DNA from: Deltaproteobacteria bacterium | GTDB taxonomy: Bacteria > Myxococcota > Kuafuiibacteriia > Kuafuiibacteriales > Kuafuiibacteriaceae | Length of the DNA stretch: 64,000 nt | NCBI GenBank assembly: GCA_040218735.1 | Contig: JAVJQW010000023.1 | Location: 224,001 to 288,000 of the forward strand | Reading direction: 5' to 3' | Part shown: positions 1 through 9,620 of the stretch, piece by piece | Numbering within the stretch: position 1 is the stretch's first letter | How the letters are laid out: every line of letters begins with the position of its first letter | Made by a program: the position numbers and the translations under genes | Notes under the pieces: model-generated | Told to the model about the DNA's origin: nothing | The model's database searches: none | What the model saw: the letters and a program-made list of their open reading frames with translations, nothing else

Positions 1-85
1 TGCCGGCGATCCGGCTCAGCTCTTCGGCCTCGACCTCGTGGAAGAGGGACACCTTTTGCAGCAACTCGGTGTGATCGTTGGACAT
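1..85 (-). CDS. Partial CDS (5' end), probable cyclic-nucleotide-binding / Crp-Fnr-type protein
   Basis: Manual translation from ATG 85 gives MSNDHTELLQKVSLFHEVEAEELSRIAG, like the helix preceding cNMP-binding domains; runs off the window. Confidence 0.5.
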   Translation of the reverse strand, partial: MSNDHTELLQKVSLFHEVEAEELSRIAG

Positions 86-120
86 GTCAGCGCGGGTTAT
101 CCCAAGAGCCGACGGCCCCG

Positions 121-1284
121 TCAACGCCGGTGGGCGTAGTAGCGCTTCATCGTGTGGCGGAAGTCGCGCAAGGCCCCGGTGTCCTCGTGCGCCTCCTCCA
201 AATCCGCGAACTCCTCCAACAACGCCCGCATCCGATCCGTCATCGCCTCCGGCGTCTGGACGACCAACCGAACCCGCTGATCCCCCGCCCCTCGACCGTC
301 CGGACGCGGCAACCCCTTGCCCTGCAACCGAAACACCCGACCGTTCTGCGACCCCTCGGGCACCCGCATCCGCATCGGACCGTCCAACGTCGGGATCTCG
401 ATCGGACCCCCGAGCGCCGCCGTCGTCATCGACACCGGCACCTCCACCAACAGGTCCGCCCCATCACGCTCGAAGAACGGGTGCGGCCGCACCGTCACCA
501 CCACGATCAGATCACCCGTCGATCCGCCGCCACCACCGGAGCGCCCCATCCCCCGGAGCCGCAACCGCGTCCCCGTCGTAACGCCCGCCGGCACGTCGAC
601 CGTCACCGGCCGATCCACCTCCTCGACACCCGACCCCTCACACACGTCACACGCGTGCGCCGCGAGCTTGCCCGCACCATCGCAGTCGGGACACCGCCGC
701 GTCGTGTCGAAGAAACCTTGCTGCTCGCGCACCGCCCCTCGACCACCGCACCGCTGACACAACACCGGCGCGCTCCCCGGCGCCGCACCGGTTCCACGAC
801 ACGTCCGACACGACGCCTCACCCGGCACGTACACCACGTGCTCCGTGCCCTGCACCGCCTCCTCGAAGTCGATCTCGAGGTCGTACTTGAGATCGTCACC
901 ACGCTCCCGCGGCTCCGACCGCGGACGCGGCTGCACCCGCTCGCGCCGCTGACGCTGCTGATTCTTCTCCTTCCGCTGCTTCGCGCGCGACGTGCCGAAC
1001 AACTCATCGAGCACGTCACCCGTCGCCTCCGTCTTCGCCTGCGGAATGCCGTGACCGCCGCCGCCGACCTCAGCCTGCCGATACGCGTCGTACTGCGCGC
1101 GCAGGTCCACGTCGCCCAAGACGCGGTAGGCCTCGGCGGCGTCCTTGAACTTGTCGGTCGCCGTCTCGTCGCCGGGGTTGCGGTCGGGGTGGTACTTCCG
1201 GGCGAGCCCGCGGTACGCCTGTTTGATCTCGGCGGGGCTCGCGTCGGTGCCGACGCCGAGGATCGCGTAGAAGTCGTCGCTCAT
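121..1284 (-). CDS. dnaJ: Molecular chaperone DnaJ
   Basis: Starts MSDDFYAILGV; HPD motif; four CxxCxGxG zinc-finger repeats; C-terminal domain. Start moved from 1758 to ATG 1284. Confidence 0.93.
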   Translation of the reverse strand: MSDDFYAILGVGTDASPAEIKQAYRGLARKYHPDRNPGDETATDKFKDAAEAYRVLGDVDLRAQYDAYRQAEVGGGGHGIPQAKTEATGDVLDELFGTSRAKQRKEKNQQRQRRERVQPRPRSEPRERGDDLKYDLEIDFEEAVQGTEHVVYVPGEASCRTCRGTGAAPGSAPVLCQRCGGRGAVREQQGFFDTTRRCPDCDGAGKLAAHACDVCEGSGVEEVDRPVTVDVPAGVTTGTRLRLRGMGRSGGGGGSTGDLIVVVTVRPHPFFERDGADLLVEVPVSMTTAALGGPIEIPTLDGPMRMRVPEGSQNGRVFRLQGKGLPRPDGRGAGDQRVRLVVQTPEAMTDRMRALLEEFADLEEAHEDTGALRDFRHTMKRYYAHRR

Positions 1285-1301
1285 CGACAGGAGCCGAAAG
1301 G

Positions 1302-2051
1302 CTACACCTCTTCCGTCGCGAATCGTACCGGCTCCGCCGACATCGCGGGGAGCTCCACGCCCGCCCGCTCCAACAGCTGCGGCGCCGCCCGCACGGAGAG
1401 TGTGTACCAGGTCGCCCGCAGGCGCGCCGTGTCTTCGGGGTCGAGCGTCGACAACGTCCCCGCCCGGCGCTTGCGCGCGACGAGGTCGTACGTGCAGATC
1501 GCCGCCGCCACCGAGATGTTGAGGCTCTCCACGAACCCCGTCATCGGGATCTTGAAGAGCCCGTCCGCCGCCTCCGCCGCCTCCCGCGTCAGCCCCGCGT
1601 GTTCGTTGCCGAAGACCAGCGCCACCTTGCGGTCGGTCGGGATCTCTTCGAGCGGCACCGTGTCGCCGTGGATGTCCGAAGCCCACACGGAGAACCCACG
1701 ATCGCGGAGCGAACCGTACGCGACGGTCGGCGACGGGTGACGCTTCAGGTCGATCCACTTGTGCGACCCGATGCTCACCTTCCGCGACAACTTGAACTCC
1801 GACTCGCGCGGGACGACGTGCACCTCGAGCACACCGAACGCCTCCGCGGTGCGCAGGACCGCCGAAGCGTTGTGCTCACTCGCGACGTCCTCCAACACGA
1901 GCGCCACGTCGCGCGTCCGCGAAGCGAGCGCCTCCTCGATGCGCTCCTTGCGCGTCGCCGTGAGGTAACCGTCGAGCGTGGAGACGATTTGATCCGCCTC
2001 CTCGATCGTGAGGTCGGCGTACGTCTTCACGAGCTGCTTCGGCGTGGCCAT
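1302..2051 (-). CDS. trmH: SpoU/TrmH family tRNA 2'-O-methyltransferase
   Basis: HNASAVLRTAEAFG, ALVFGNEHAG and IPMTGFVESLNISVAAA SPOUT motifs. Confidence 0.88.
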   Translation of the reverse strand: MATPKQLVKTYADLTIEEADQIVSTLDGYLTATRKERIEEALASRTRDVALVLEDVASEHNASAVLRTAEAFGVLEVHVVPRESEFKLSRKVSIGSHKWIDLKRHPSPTVAYGSLRDRGFSVWASDIHGDTVPLEEIPTDRKVALVFGNEHAGLTREAAEAADGLFKIPMTGFVESLNISVAAAICTYDLVARKRRAGTLSTLDPEDTARLRATWYTLSVRAAPQLLERAGVELPAMSAEPVRFATEEV

Positions 2052-2506
2052 CAGGCGAACAACACGTACCGGAAGATCACGAGGAACAGGACCGTGGCGT
2101 ACAGACCGAGGTTCACGACGTCGAGCGTTCGCGCCTTCTTCCGCAGGGCATCGTCCGGCTCACGCCCGAGACGAATCAGGTTGAACATCCTGAGGTGCGC
2201 GACGACCAGCGCGCCGACGACGAACAACAGCTTGATGTGCAGCCAAGGACCGGCGCCGCTCGCCGCCGGGTCGAGCACGTGCGGCAACATCACGATCAAC
2301 GCGATGCCCCCGAGGAGCGCGAGGAACGCGGCGGGCAGCTCGACCGCCGTGACGATCGCCGCCGCGGCCCGGTCGACGCCGGCCCGGTGCGCGGCCTCCT
2401 CGACCGACTGTCGCATCACGACCAGACCGGCGACACACGCGCCGATGGCCACCGTGAACCCGACGAAGTGCACGAGGCGCGCGAGAACGAATCCCCAGGA
2501 CGTCAT
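2051..2506 (-). CDS. Four-TM membrane protein (HemJ/CopD/SirB2-like)
   Basis: Four hydrophobic segments; WLHIKLLFVV motif; ATG 2506; stop overlaps the trmH start. Confidence 0.55.
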   Translation of the reverse strand: MTSWGFVLARLVHFVGFTVAIGACVAGLVVMRQSVEEAAHRAGVDRAAAAIVTAVELPAAFLALLGGIALIVMLPHVLDPAASGAGPWLHIKLLFVVGALVVAHLRMFNLIRLGREPDDALRKKARTLDVVNLGLYATVLFLVIFRYVLFA

Positions 2507-2638
2507 GGTTGGGCGGAGGTATGCCCGTTGTGGGGGTCCGAGGCCAGCCCTTGTCGGGGGATGTAGGGGTGTGACGCTCGCCCCCCATCGACATCGGGAG
2601 GACGAAACGCCCGCCTCACATCCCGCAGAGTAGAGATC

Positions 2639-3244
2639 GTGGCTGGTTCCATCTTCTCGACCCTTCATCGCCTCGCGCTGGGCCTCGGCCTCCTCGCGGG
2701 CCTCGGGCTCGTGGCCCCGGAGATCGCCTTCGCGGACCGCCCGACGGCGGGGCAGTGCAAGCGCAAGAAGCAGAAGAAGCGCAGGAAGGCGCGCCGAGCC
2801 CGCCGCGCACGCGCGCGCCGCGCGAAGGCGTTCAACGCCCGCACCATCAAGAAGCTCCAGCGCAAGGGCTACACCAACGACGAAATCGTCGAGAAGGCGC
2901 GCGCGGCGAACTACGTCGTGACGAAGAAGCAGAAGCGCCGCCTGAAGAAGATGCGCGTGCGCCGCTCGCTCATCGCCGCCCTCGCGACCCCCGCGCCCGC
3001 GAAGGCCGTCGCGCCTGCGAAGCCGCAGCCGATCGACCTCGACCGGACGATCGATCCGAACGAGATCGACTTCGACAGCGTCCCGCCGCCGGACGGCATG
3101 CCGACCGGCTACGCGGTGAAGCCGAAGCCCGCCGAGAAGAAGAAGCTCGACACTTCGCTGCGCCCGTCGGCGCCCTTCGTTCCGAAGAAGGCGGCGACGC
3201 AGGAGAAGAAACCCATCCGCAAGGTCCTCACGGCGTCGAACTGA
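2639..3244 (+). CDS. Hypothetical exported Lys/Arg-rich protein
   Basis: Signal peptide ending AFA; polybasic tracts; GC3-biased codons. Confidence 0.7.
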   Translation: MAGSIFSTLHRLALGLGLLAGLGLVAPEIAFADRPTAGQCKRKKQKKRRKARRARRARARRAKAFNARTIKKLQRKGYTNDEIVEKARAANYVVTKKQKRRLKKMRVRRSLIAALATPAPAKAVAPAKPQPIDLDRTIDPNEIDFDSVPPPDGMPTGYAVKPKPAEKKKLDTSLRPSAPFVPKKAATQEKKPIRKVLTASN

Positions 3245-3321
3245 CCGCGTCGAACTGAGCAGGGACGGGTCACGACCGCGGCGGAACCCACCGCGGCCGT
3301 CGAGCCCATCGATCGCGCAGA

Positions 3322-3948
3322 TCAGCCCCGCGCTTTCTCCGCCGCCTTGCGAACGCCGGGCGGGAGCTTCCGCTTCGGCATCTTCGAGGGCGTCCCGCAC
3401 GGCTCCAACGAGACGTGCGCCGCCACGCGCAGCCGCTCGCCTCCGTCGGCTTCGACGATCTCCATGCTCACGACGTCGACCGCGCCGACGAGGAGCGTCA
3501 CGTCGTCGGGGCACGTGTTCGCGCGCGTGATGAGCTCCATGAGCGCTGCGGTGCGCGCGCGGTTGTAGGGCTTCGGTCCGCGCGGGACGGACGCCTCCGC
3601 GATCTCGGGTGCGCCGAGCGCGCGACGCCGTTCGTCGACGGCGGCGGGGACGACTTGGTCGAGCTCCGCCCGGTACACCCGGTCCGAGACCTGCGTGATG
3701 CGAAGGTCCTCGCCCTCCGCGGCGGGTGGGCGCATGTCGATCGCCCGCCGTTCACCCTCGGTCTCGAGCTCGAAATCGACGGTGCTCGTGAGGAAACCCG
3801 CCGCGACGCGCGCTTCGAGCTCGGCCTGTTTGCTCCCCATCAACGAGCCGACGCCATAGCCGTGGGCGGTCACGACGCGACCCTCGGTCGCACAGCCCAC
3901 CGCCGCGAAGGCGAACGTCGAGAGGAGCATGAACGGTGTTGTCTTCAT
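3322..3948 (-). CDS. Hypothetical lipoprotein
   Basis: Signal peptide with lipobox AVGC. Confidence 0.65.
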   Translation of the reverse strand: MKTTPFMLLSTFAFAAVGCATEGRVVTAHGYGVGSLMGSKQAELEARVAAGFLTSTVDFELETEGERRAIDMRPPAAEGEDLRITQVSDRVYRAELDQVVPAAVDERRRALGAPEIAEASVPRGPKPYNRARTAALMELITRANTCPDDVTLLVGAVDVVSMEIVEADGGERLRVAAHVSLEPCGTPSKMPKRKLPPGVRKAAEKARG

Positions 3949-4124
3949 GCACGTTCGTACTGACCTGGATTCGAGCGTGGCGATCGGTGGTCGCCCCCAC
4001 GATCTGAGCGCTCCTTAACGCCCACTGGGGCTGTCCCACCTATCGGCACACAGCCTGGCCGCGGTCGACGACCACAGGATTCGCGCTTGATCGCAGCGGC
4101 GAGTTCGACGACACCTCATGCGCG

Positions 4125-4478
4125 ATGACGACGCAGCCCTCGCGGACCCTCGACACCTTCGACAACCCGACGCCCGGGCGCGACTACGAGATCGCCTTCG
4201 ACTGCCCGGAGTTCACGTGTGTCTGCCCGATGACCGGGCAACCCGACTTCGCGCGGATCCGCATCCACTACACCCCTGACCAGCGGTGCGTGGAGCTCAA
4301 GTCGCTCAAGCTCTACCTGTGGTCGTTCCGGGAGGAGGGTCACTTTCACGAGGCCGTGACGAACCAGATCCTCGACGACCTCGTCGCCGTGCTCTCGCCG
4401 CGCAAGATGACGGTCGTCGGGGAGTTCAACGTCCGCGGCGGCATCGCGACGACGGTCACCGCGACGCACGAGGCCTGA
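4125..4478 (+). CDS. queF: NADPH-dependent preQ0 reductase QueF (type 1)
   Basis: [16 protein letters not shown] and [11 protein letters not shown] motifs; FNVRGGI. Confidence 0.95.
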   Translation: MTTQPSRTLDTFDNPTPGRDYEIAFDCPEFTCVCPMTGQPDFARIRIHYTPDQRCVELKSLKLYLWSFREEGHFHEAVTNQILDDLVAVLSPRKMTVVGEFNVRGGIATTVTATHEA

Positions 4479-4573
4479 CCGCGCCTGTATTCGTCGGGTC
4501 TACCTCCATACCCGACCTCCCACTCCCGGCCGCTTCCGAACCGCCTGGTTCTTGCTAACGTGGAGGACGGAGC

Positions 4574-7285
4574 GTGGGGGAGCTGCACGCCATCGCCCGG
4601 CCCGCCGGGTTGCCGAAGAAGATCGGCCGCTACCGGGTGCTCTGTGAGCTCGGCACGGGCTCGATGGCGTCGCTCTACCTCGGACGCGCCGGGGGCCTCG
4701 GCGGATTCGAACGACTGTTCGCGCTGAAGGTCGTGCACCCGCACCTGTGCCGCAAGCCAGCTTTCATCGACATGTTCCTCAACGAGGCGCGCATCGCCGC
4801 CTCCGTCCACCACCCGAACGTCGTGCCGGTCTACGAGATCGACGTCGACGACGGGCAGTACTTCCTCGCGATGGACTACGTGAGCGGCGAGACACTCGCG
4901 CTCCTGTTGCGCTCGACGTGGCACGCGCAGCGCGACCTCCCGATGCGCTTCGCCGCGCACATCGTCGCGTCCGCCGCCGAGGGCCTGCACGCCGCGCACG
5001 AGCTGACCGACGCGGAGGGTGCTTCGCGTAACGTCGTGCACCGCGACGTCGCGCCGCAGAACATCATGATCGGTTACGACGGGATCGTCCGCGTGACCGA
5101 CTTCGGAATCGCGAAGGCGATGGACAGCGTCTCACAGACGAAACCCGGCGTGCTGAAGGGCACCGTCGCGTACATGTCGCCGGAGCAGGTTCGCGGACAG
5201 GAGCTCGACCGTCGTGTCGATGTGTTCGCGCTCGGCGTGCTGCTGTGGGAGGCGACGCTCGGGCTGCGGTTGTTCAAGGACAAGACGGAGCTGCGCACGG
5301 CGGGCCGCATCCTCCGCATGGCGCCGCCGCCGCCGACGTCGATGCACGACGACTACCCGGAGGCGCTCGAGCACATCGTCATGAAGGCGCTCGCGAAGGA
5401 TCGCGACGAACGCTACCCGACGGCGCGCGCCCTCAGCGAGGACCTGTTCACGTACCTCGCCACCGAGGAGCGTGTGACGGCCTCCGAGATGGAGAAGTTC
5501 CTCGGTGAGGTCTTCTCGAAGCGCCTCGAGCAGCGCCGCGCGCTCGAACGCGACGCCGCCGAATCCGAGCCGCCCGAGAACCTCGGCGACCACCTCTCCG
5601 ACGCGTCGCAGACGCTCGGCCTCGAACACTTCACGGCGCAGCAGGCGTTCGACGAGTTCGATCCCGACGAGCTGGAAGCCGAAGGCCTCAACGAGCTGGG
5701 CGCGGCGCTGCGTGAGAAGGCGGCGATCAGCGAGGAGCCCGAGAAGGCGTCGACGCTGCCGCGCAACATCGTGGAGAAGAACCACGCGACGACCTCGAAG
5801 ATGCCGCTCCCGGCCTTCGACTCCGGGCCGAAGAAGGTGCTCACACCGAAGAGCATCCTCCCGTCCGGGCGCGTGAACGTGGAGGTCGCGCCGAAGGCCG
5901 AGGCCAAGAAGTCGATCCTGCCACGGAAGAAGAAGGACGACGATCCGTCCGAGGAGGCGCTCGGGAGCGCGATCGAGAAGGCGTTGGAGGTCGCGCCGAT
6001 CGACGTCGCCGCCGACGCGCCGACGCTCGACGAGGAGCCCGTCGATGGCGCCGCGGAGCTCGACGCCAAAGCGTTCGTCGCGGTCGCCGAGGAGCTCCCG
6101 CTGGCGTCCGAGTCCGACGTCGTGCAGGCGGTCGTTCCGGCGGAGGGTGCCTTCGACGAGGACGCACCGGAAGCGATCCGCCTGAAGAGCGAGATCGACG
6201 CGCCCGCTGCCGAAGGTGACGACGTCGAGAACGCGCCGAGCGACGACCCCGCCGAAGCCGAGACGGAGACCGTCGCCGAGGCGGACCCGGAGGCGACGCC
6301 CGAAGAGGAAGCCGAGTCGACGGACGAGGAAACGACGAAGGAGGGCGCGGCGGAGGACACGCTGCCCTTCGCCGAGGCCACGCCCGCCGAGCTGGTGTTC
6401 CCGCCCGCGGCGGAGAAGTCCGGACCGGTACCGAAGTTCTCGCAGCGTGACGTGCAGACGGCGCTGATCCGCGACACCGGCCCCATTCCGCTGGCCCCCG
6501 TCGGCGTGTTCGACGAGCCGCCGGAGGACACGAAGCGGACCTCGACGCCGCTGCCCCCCGCGGAAGAGGACGACCCCGATCCTCCGCTGGTCAAGGCCGT
6601 CGAGCTCGACGCCGAGCCCGAGCTGGCCGAGCCCGACGATGCGTTCCAGTCGATCGCGGAGGAGGAGCGAAACGCCCGGCGCACGCGCGTCGTCGCGCTG
6701 GCGGTCGGCGCGGTGCTCTTGCTCGTGACGGTGTTTGCGTTGTGGCCCTCGGGGTCGGAGCCGGAGCCGGTGGTCGCTGCGTCCGAAGCCGCGCCGGCCG
6801 ACGTGGAGCCCGAAGCGACGGCCAACCACGCCGAAGTCGAAGCGACGGCCGACAACGCCGAAGTCGAGGCGGCCGCCGAGCCGGAGGAGGACGACATCGC
6901 TCCCACGCCGGAGCCCGAGCTCGTCGCGCCACGACCGCTCGCGGCGTCGGCACCGCCCGCGCCTGCGGTCGTGTCGATTCGGGTCGAAGCGACGCCGCCG
7001 GGCGCCGAGGTCCTCTTCGACGGGCGGCCGTACACCGGCCCAGTCGAGCTGGACCGCTCTGAAGGTGAGCACGTGGTGCGCGTACAGGCGCCCGGTCACC
7101 GACCGCAGATGGTGATCGTGAACGCCGAAGAGGACCGCGTCGTACGTGTCGCGCTGGAGTCCGACGCACCCGAGCCGGTCGTGGAACGAAAGAAGAAGCG
7201 CCGACGTCGGCGCCGCACGACCACGACCAAAAAGAAGACGCGCAAGAAGACCGGGGCCATCCTCTTCGACGGAGACGACCTGTGA
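4574..7285 (+). CDS. Membrane Ser/Thr protein kinase with long acidic linker and C-terminal PEGA-like domain
   Basis: FALK, HRDVAPQN, DFG, GTVAYMSPEQ; TM near aa 708-725; IRVEATPPGAEVLFDG. Confidence 0.92.
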   Translation: MGELHAIARPAGLPKKIGRYRVLCELGTGSMASLYLGRAGGLGGFERLFALKVVHPHLCRKPAFIDMFLNEARIAASVHHPNVVPVYEIDVDDGQYFLAMDYVSGETLALLLRSTWHAQRDLPMRFAAHIVASAAEGLHAAHELTDAEGASRNVVHRDVAPQNIMIGYDGIVRVTDFGIAKAMDSVSQTKPGVLKGTVAYMSPEQVRGQELDRRVDVFALGVLLWEATLGLRLFKDKTELRTAGRILRMAPPPPTSMHDDYPEALEHIVMKALAKDRDERYPTARALSEDLFTYLATEERVTASEMEKFLGEVFSKRLEQRRALERDAAESEPPENLGDHLSDASQTLGLEHFTAQQAFDEFDPDELEAEGLNELGAALREKAAISEEPEKASTLPRNIVEKNHATTSKMPLPAFDSGPKKVLTPKSILPSGRVNVEVAPKAEAKKSILPRKKKDDDPSEEALGSAIEKALEVAPIDVAADAPTLDEEPVDGAAELDAKAFVAVAEELPLASESDVVQAVVPAEGAFDEDAPEAIRLKSEIDAPAAEGDDVENAPSDDPAEAETETVAEADPEATPEEEAESTDEETTKEGAAEDTLPFAEATPAELVFPPAAEKSGPVPKFSQRDVQTALIRDTGPIPLAPVGVFDEPPEDTKRTSTPLPPAEEDDPDPPLVKAVELDAEPELAEPDDAFQSIAEEERNARRTRVVALAVGAVLLLVTVFALWPSGSEPEPVVAASEAAPADVEPEATANHAEVEATADNAEVEAAAEPEEDDIAPTPEPELVAPRPLAASAPPAPAVVSIRVEATPPGAEVLFDGRPYTGPVELDRSEGEHVVRVQAPGHRPQMVIVNAEEDRVVRVALESDAPEPVVERKKKRRRRRRTTTTKKKTRKKTGAILFDGDDL
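6811..6867 (+). repeat. 27-bp in-frame tandem duplication in the kinase
   Basis: Encodes EATANHAEV/EATADNAEV. Confidence 0.6.
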
Positions 7286-8079
7286 AGCACCTACTGTTCG
7301 CGCTCGTCGCGGCGGCGCTGTCCGCGGCTGCGCCCGCGTACGCCGAGGGCGACGAAGCGGCCGACCGCGAGCGCGCCCGCAAGCTGCTCGACGAAGGCAA
7401 CAAACGCCTCGAGAGCGGCGACGCGGACGGCGCGATCGAGAAGTTCCAAGAGGCGCTGCGCGCGTACCGTAGCCCGAAGATCCACGTGAACCTCGCGGAG
7501 GCGCACCGCATCGCGGGCCGCCCCGCACAGGCGGTGCGACACTACGAGGTCTTCATGGCGCGCGGAACGTCGAAGCCCGGCGTCCTCCGCAAGATCGAAA
7601 AGCGCGCGCGCGAGCTCGAGTCTTCGATCGGACGCATCGAGCTCGCCGGCGAGCTCGACGGCGCGACCGTGAACGTCGGCGGCTGGCGTGCGCCGTGGCG
7701 CGCGGGTTGGCGCATCCCGGTCGACCCGGGCCGCCACCTCGTCGTGGTCTCGAAGGAAGGCCGCGCCGACTTCGAAACCCACGCGGAGGTCGCGGCGGGG
7801 CAGCTGAAGAAGCTCGACGTCGCGTTGTTGGCGAAGGAAGAGACGCCGCCGATCGACCTCGCGGCGCGGCCAACACCGCCGCCTTCGTCCGCAACCACCG
7901 CGACCATGAGCCCGGGCGACGACAAACCGCTCACCAAACAGTGGTGGTTCTGGGCCGGGGTCGGCGGCGCGATCGTCGCGGTCGTCGCGATCGGCCTCGT
8001 CGCCGGGAACACCGGCGGCGACGACCGACTCCCGATGGGTGACCTGAGCTCCAACACGTCCGACTGGGGGCGCCTGTGA
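7282..8079 (+). CDS. TPR + PEGA domain exported protein with C-terminal hydrophobic segment
   Basis: Signal peptide; TPR-like helices; VDPGRHLVVVSKEG; KQWWFWAGVG tail; GTGA overlap with the kinase. Confidence 0.85.
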   Translation: MKHLLFALVAAALSAAAPAYAEGDEAADRERARKLLDEGNKRLESGDADGAIEKFQEALRAYRSPKIHVNLAEAHRIAGRPAQAVRHYEVFMARGTSKPGVLRKIEKRARELESSIGRIELAGELDGATVNVGGWRAPWRAGWRIPVDPGRHLVVVSKEGRADFETHAEVAAGQLKKLDVALLAKEETPPIDLAARPTPPPSSATTATMSPGDDKPLTKQWWFWAGVGGAIVAVVAIGLVAGNTGGDDRLPMGDLSSNTSDWGRL

Positions 8080-9413
8080 GACGCTGCATTCCGTTCATCA
8101 CGCTCGCGCTCGCCGGGTGCGCGGGGGACCTGTGTGAGTCCGAACCGACGGCCGTCGAAATGCAGGTCCGCACGAACGACGATCGCGTGCAGTCTCTCGT
8201 CGTGACGCTCGGCTACGGCGGCGCGCGGTACAGGCAGACGTTCGACGTCGCCCAGTTCATCGACGACGGCACCGTCACCCTCGCCATCAACCTCTCCGGC
8301 GCACCGTCGGAGGCCTTCGAGCTGACGGCGGACGTCACGGGCCACACGGCTTCCGGCGGCGGCGGCACGCAGGTCGTCGAGGCCAGCGAGACGATGACCG
8401 CGAGCGCCGACGCCTGCAACATCATCATCGTCGCGCTCGGCGACGGCAGCGTTCGCGACGGCGGCGGCGTCGAAGAGGACGCCGGGGTCGTCGATGGCGG
8501 GGACCGCGACGGCGGGTTCCGCGATGCGGGACCGGCGCGCGACGGCGGACCGCGTGACGCAGGACCGGACGGCGGACCGCGCGACGGTGGGCCCGAGCCC
8601 GACGCGGGCGACCGCGACGGCGGGGATCGCGATGGCGGCTTCGACCGCGACGGCGGAGAGCGCGACGGCGGGTTCGAACGCGACGGCGGTGAACGCGACG
8701 GCGGCGTGCCGCAGCCGCTCTGCCCGATGGTCGCCGACGCCGACACCGTGGCGCTGTACACCTTCGACGGTGACGCGGACGACGTCACCGGCAACCACGA
8801 CGGCAACGCCGTGAGCATGAGCTACGCGGGGAGCATCGTCGGGTGCGGCCAGGCGCTCGACTTCGGCAACAGCGGCGGCGTCAACAGCTACGTCGTCATC
8901 GACGACGACCCCGCTTTCGACCTGAGCGAAGGCTCGATCGAAGCGTTGATCCGTCTGAACAGCGTCACGTCAAACCGTCCGCGGTTCTTCTTCTCGCGGA
9001 GCTCCGAGGGCAACGACGCCGGAGAGATCCGCATCGGCGTGGCCTGCGACGGAACCGTCGTCCTCGAGCGTGAGACCGGCTTCTCGACCGTGCGCCGCTG
9101 CTCGGCGAACCCGGTCCCGGCGAACCAGTTCGTGCACATCGGCGTGAACTTCGGGCCGGGCGGCCTCGAGCTGTACGTCGACGGTGACTCTTCGCTTCAG
9201 TTCGGGTTCGTCGGGTACCGCGGGTCCAACTGCAACGACAACGTCAACTGCGGCGGCATCACCAACGGCGGGATGGCCGGCAACAACGACCCCCTCGTCA
9301 TCGGCGCGACCAGCGAGGACTCCTCGGCCGGCACCACGGACGACCTCGACGACCCGTTCCGCGGCGGACGCCTCGACGCGCTGCGCATCAGCTCCGCCCG
9401 CCGGAATTTCTGA
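8076..9413 (+). CDS. Lipoprotein with RDGG linker and LamG/concanavalin-like domain
   Basis: Lipobox LAGC; VALYTFDGDADD, FVHIGVNF, LELYVDG, GRLDALRIS. Confidence 0.82.
   Translation: MRRCIPFITLALAGCAGDLCESEPTAVEMQVRTNDDRVQSLVVTLGYGGARYRQTFDVAQFIDDGTVTLAINLSGAPSEAFELTADVTGHTASGGGGTQVVEASETMTASADACNIIIVALGDGSVRDGGGVEEDAGVVDGGDRDGGFRDAGPARDGGPRDAGPDGGPRDGGPEPDAGDRDGGDRDGGFDRDGGERDGGFERDGGERDGGVPQPLCPMVADADTVALYTFDGDADDVTGNHDGNAVSMSYAGSIVGCGQALDFGNSGGVNSYVVIDDDPAFDLSEGSIEALIRLNSVTSNRPRFFFSRSSEGNDAGEIRIGVACDGTVVLERETGFSTVRRCSANPVPANQFVHIGVNFGPGGLELYVDGDSSLQFGFVGYRGSNCNDNVNCGGITNGGMAGNNDPLVIGATSEDSSAGTTDDLDDPFRGGRLDALRISSARRNF
8454..8705 (+). repeat. Low-complexity RDGG/RDAG coding repeat
   Basis: 10 RDGG and 2 RDAG units in the translation. 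Confidence 0.85.
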
Positions 9414-9467
9414 CGACGCGCTCGCGCGACTCGTGTTATGAATACGGCCCTCAGGAGGTCCGATTCC

Positions 9468-9620
9468 ATGAACGACCAGAAGAACACCGTCGAAAACGAC
9501 GCCACGCCGCAGCCGCTCGACGAGCGCCTCGCGGACGTCCTCGCGACCATCGACCAGGACGCCAACACGGACGCCGAGCGCTACCTGCGCCAGACCGAGG
9601 TCCCCGCCGGCGGCGAGTGA
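9468..9620 (+). CDS. pup: Pup-like (prokaryotic ubiquitin-like) protein, 50 aa, C-terminal GGE
   Basis: AGGAGG SD at 9453-9458; LADVLATIDQDANTDAERYLRQTEVPAGGE resembles the Pup C-terminus; GTGA overlap with the PafA-family gene. Confidence 0.8.
   Translation: MNDQKNTVENDATPQPLDERLADVLATIDQDANTDAERYLRQTEVPAGGE

Noticed and set aside
1285-1758. N-terminally extended DnaJ
   Set aside because: Overlaps trmH in another frame; the J domain starts at 1284
3233-3303. 12-bp direct repeat GCGTCGAACTGA plus a GC hairpin as an att site
   Set aside because: Too short and no integrase; more likely slippage next to a terminator between convergent genes
3949-4124. preQ1 riboswitch upstream of queF
   Set aside because: No class I hairpin with an A-rich tail is recognisable
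5132-7528. Long antisense ORFs (also 15493-17343, 49792-52140, 53136-55409 and others)
   Set aside because: Expected shadows of GC3-biased genes in high-GC DNA; Arg/Gly-rich with no motifs
8454-8705. CRISPR-like array
   Set aside because: The repeats are short, degenerate and in-frame coding, with no spacers or cas genes
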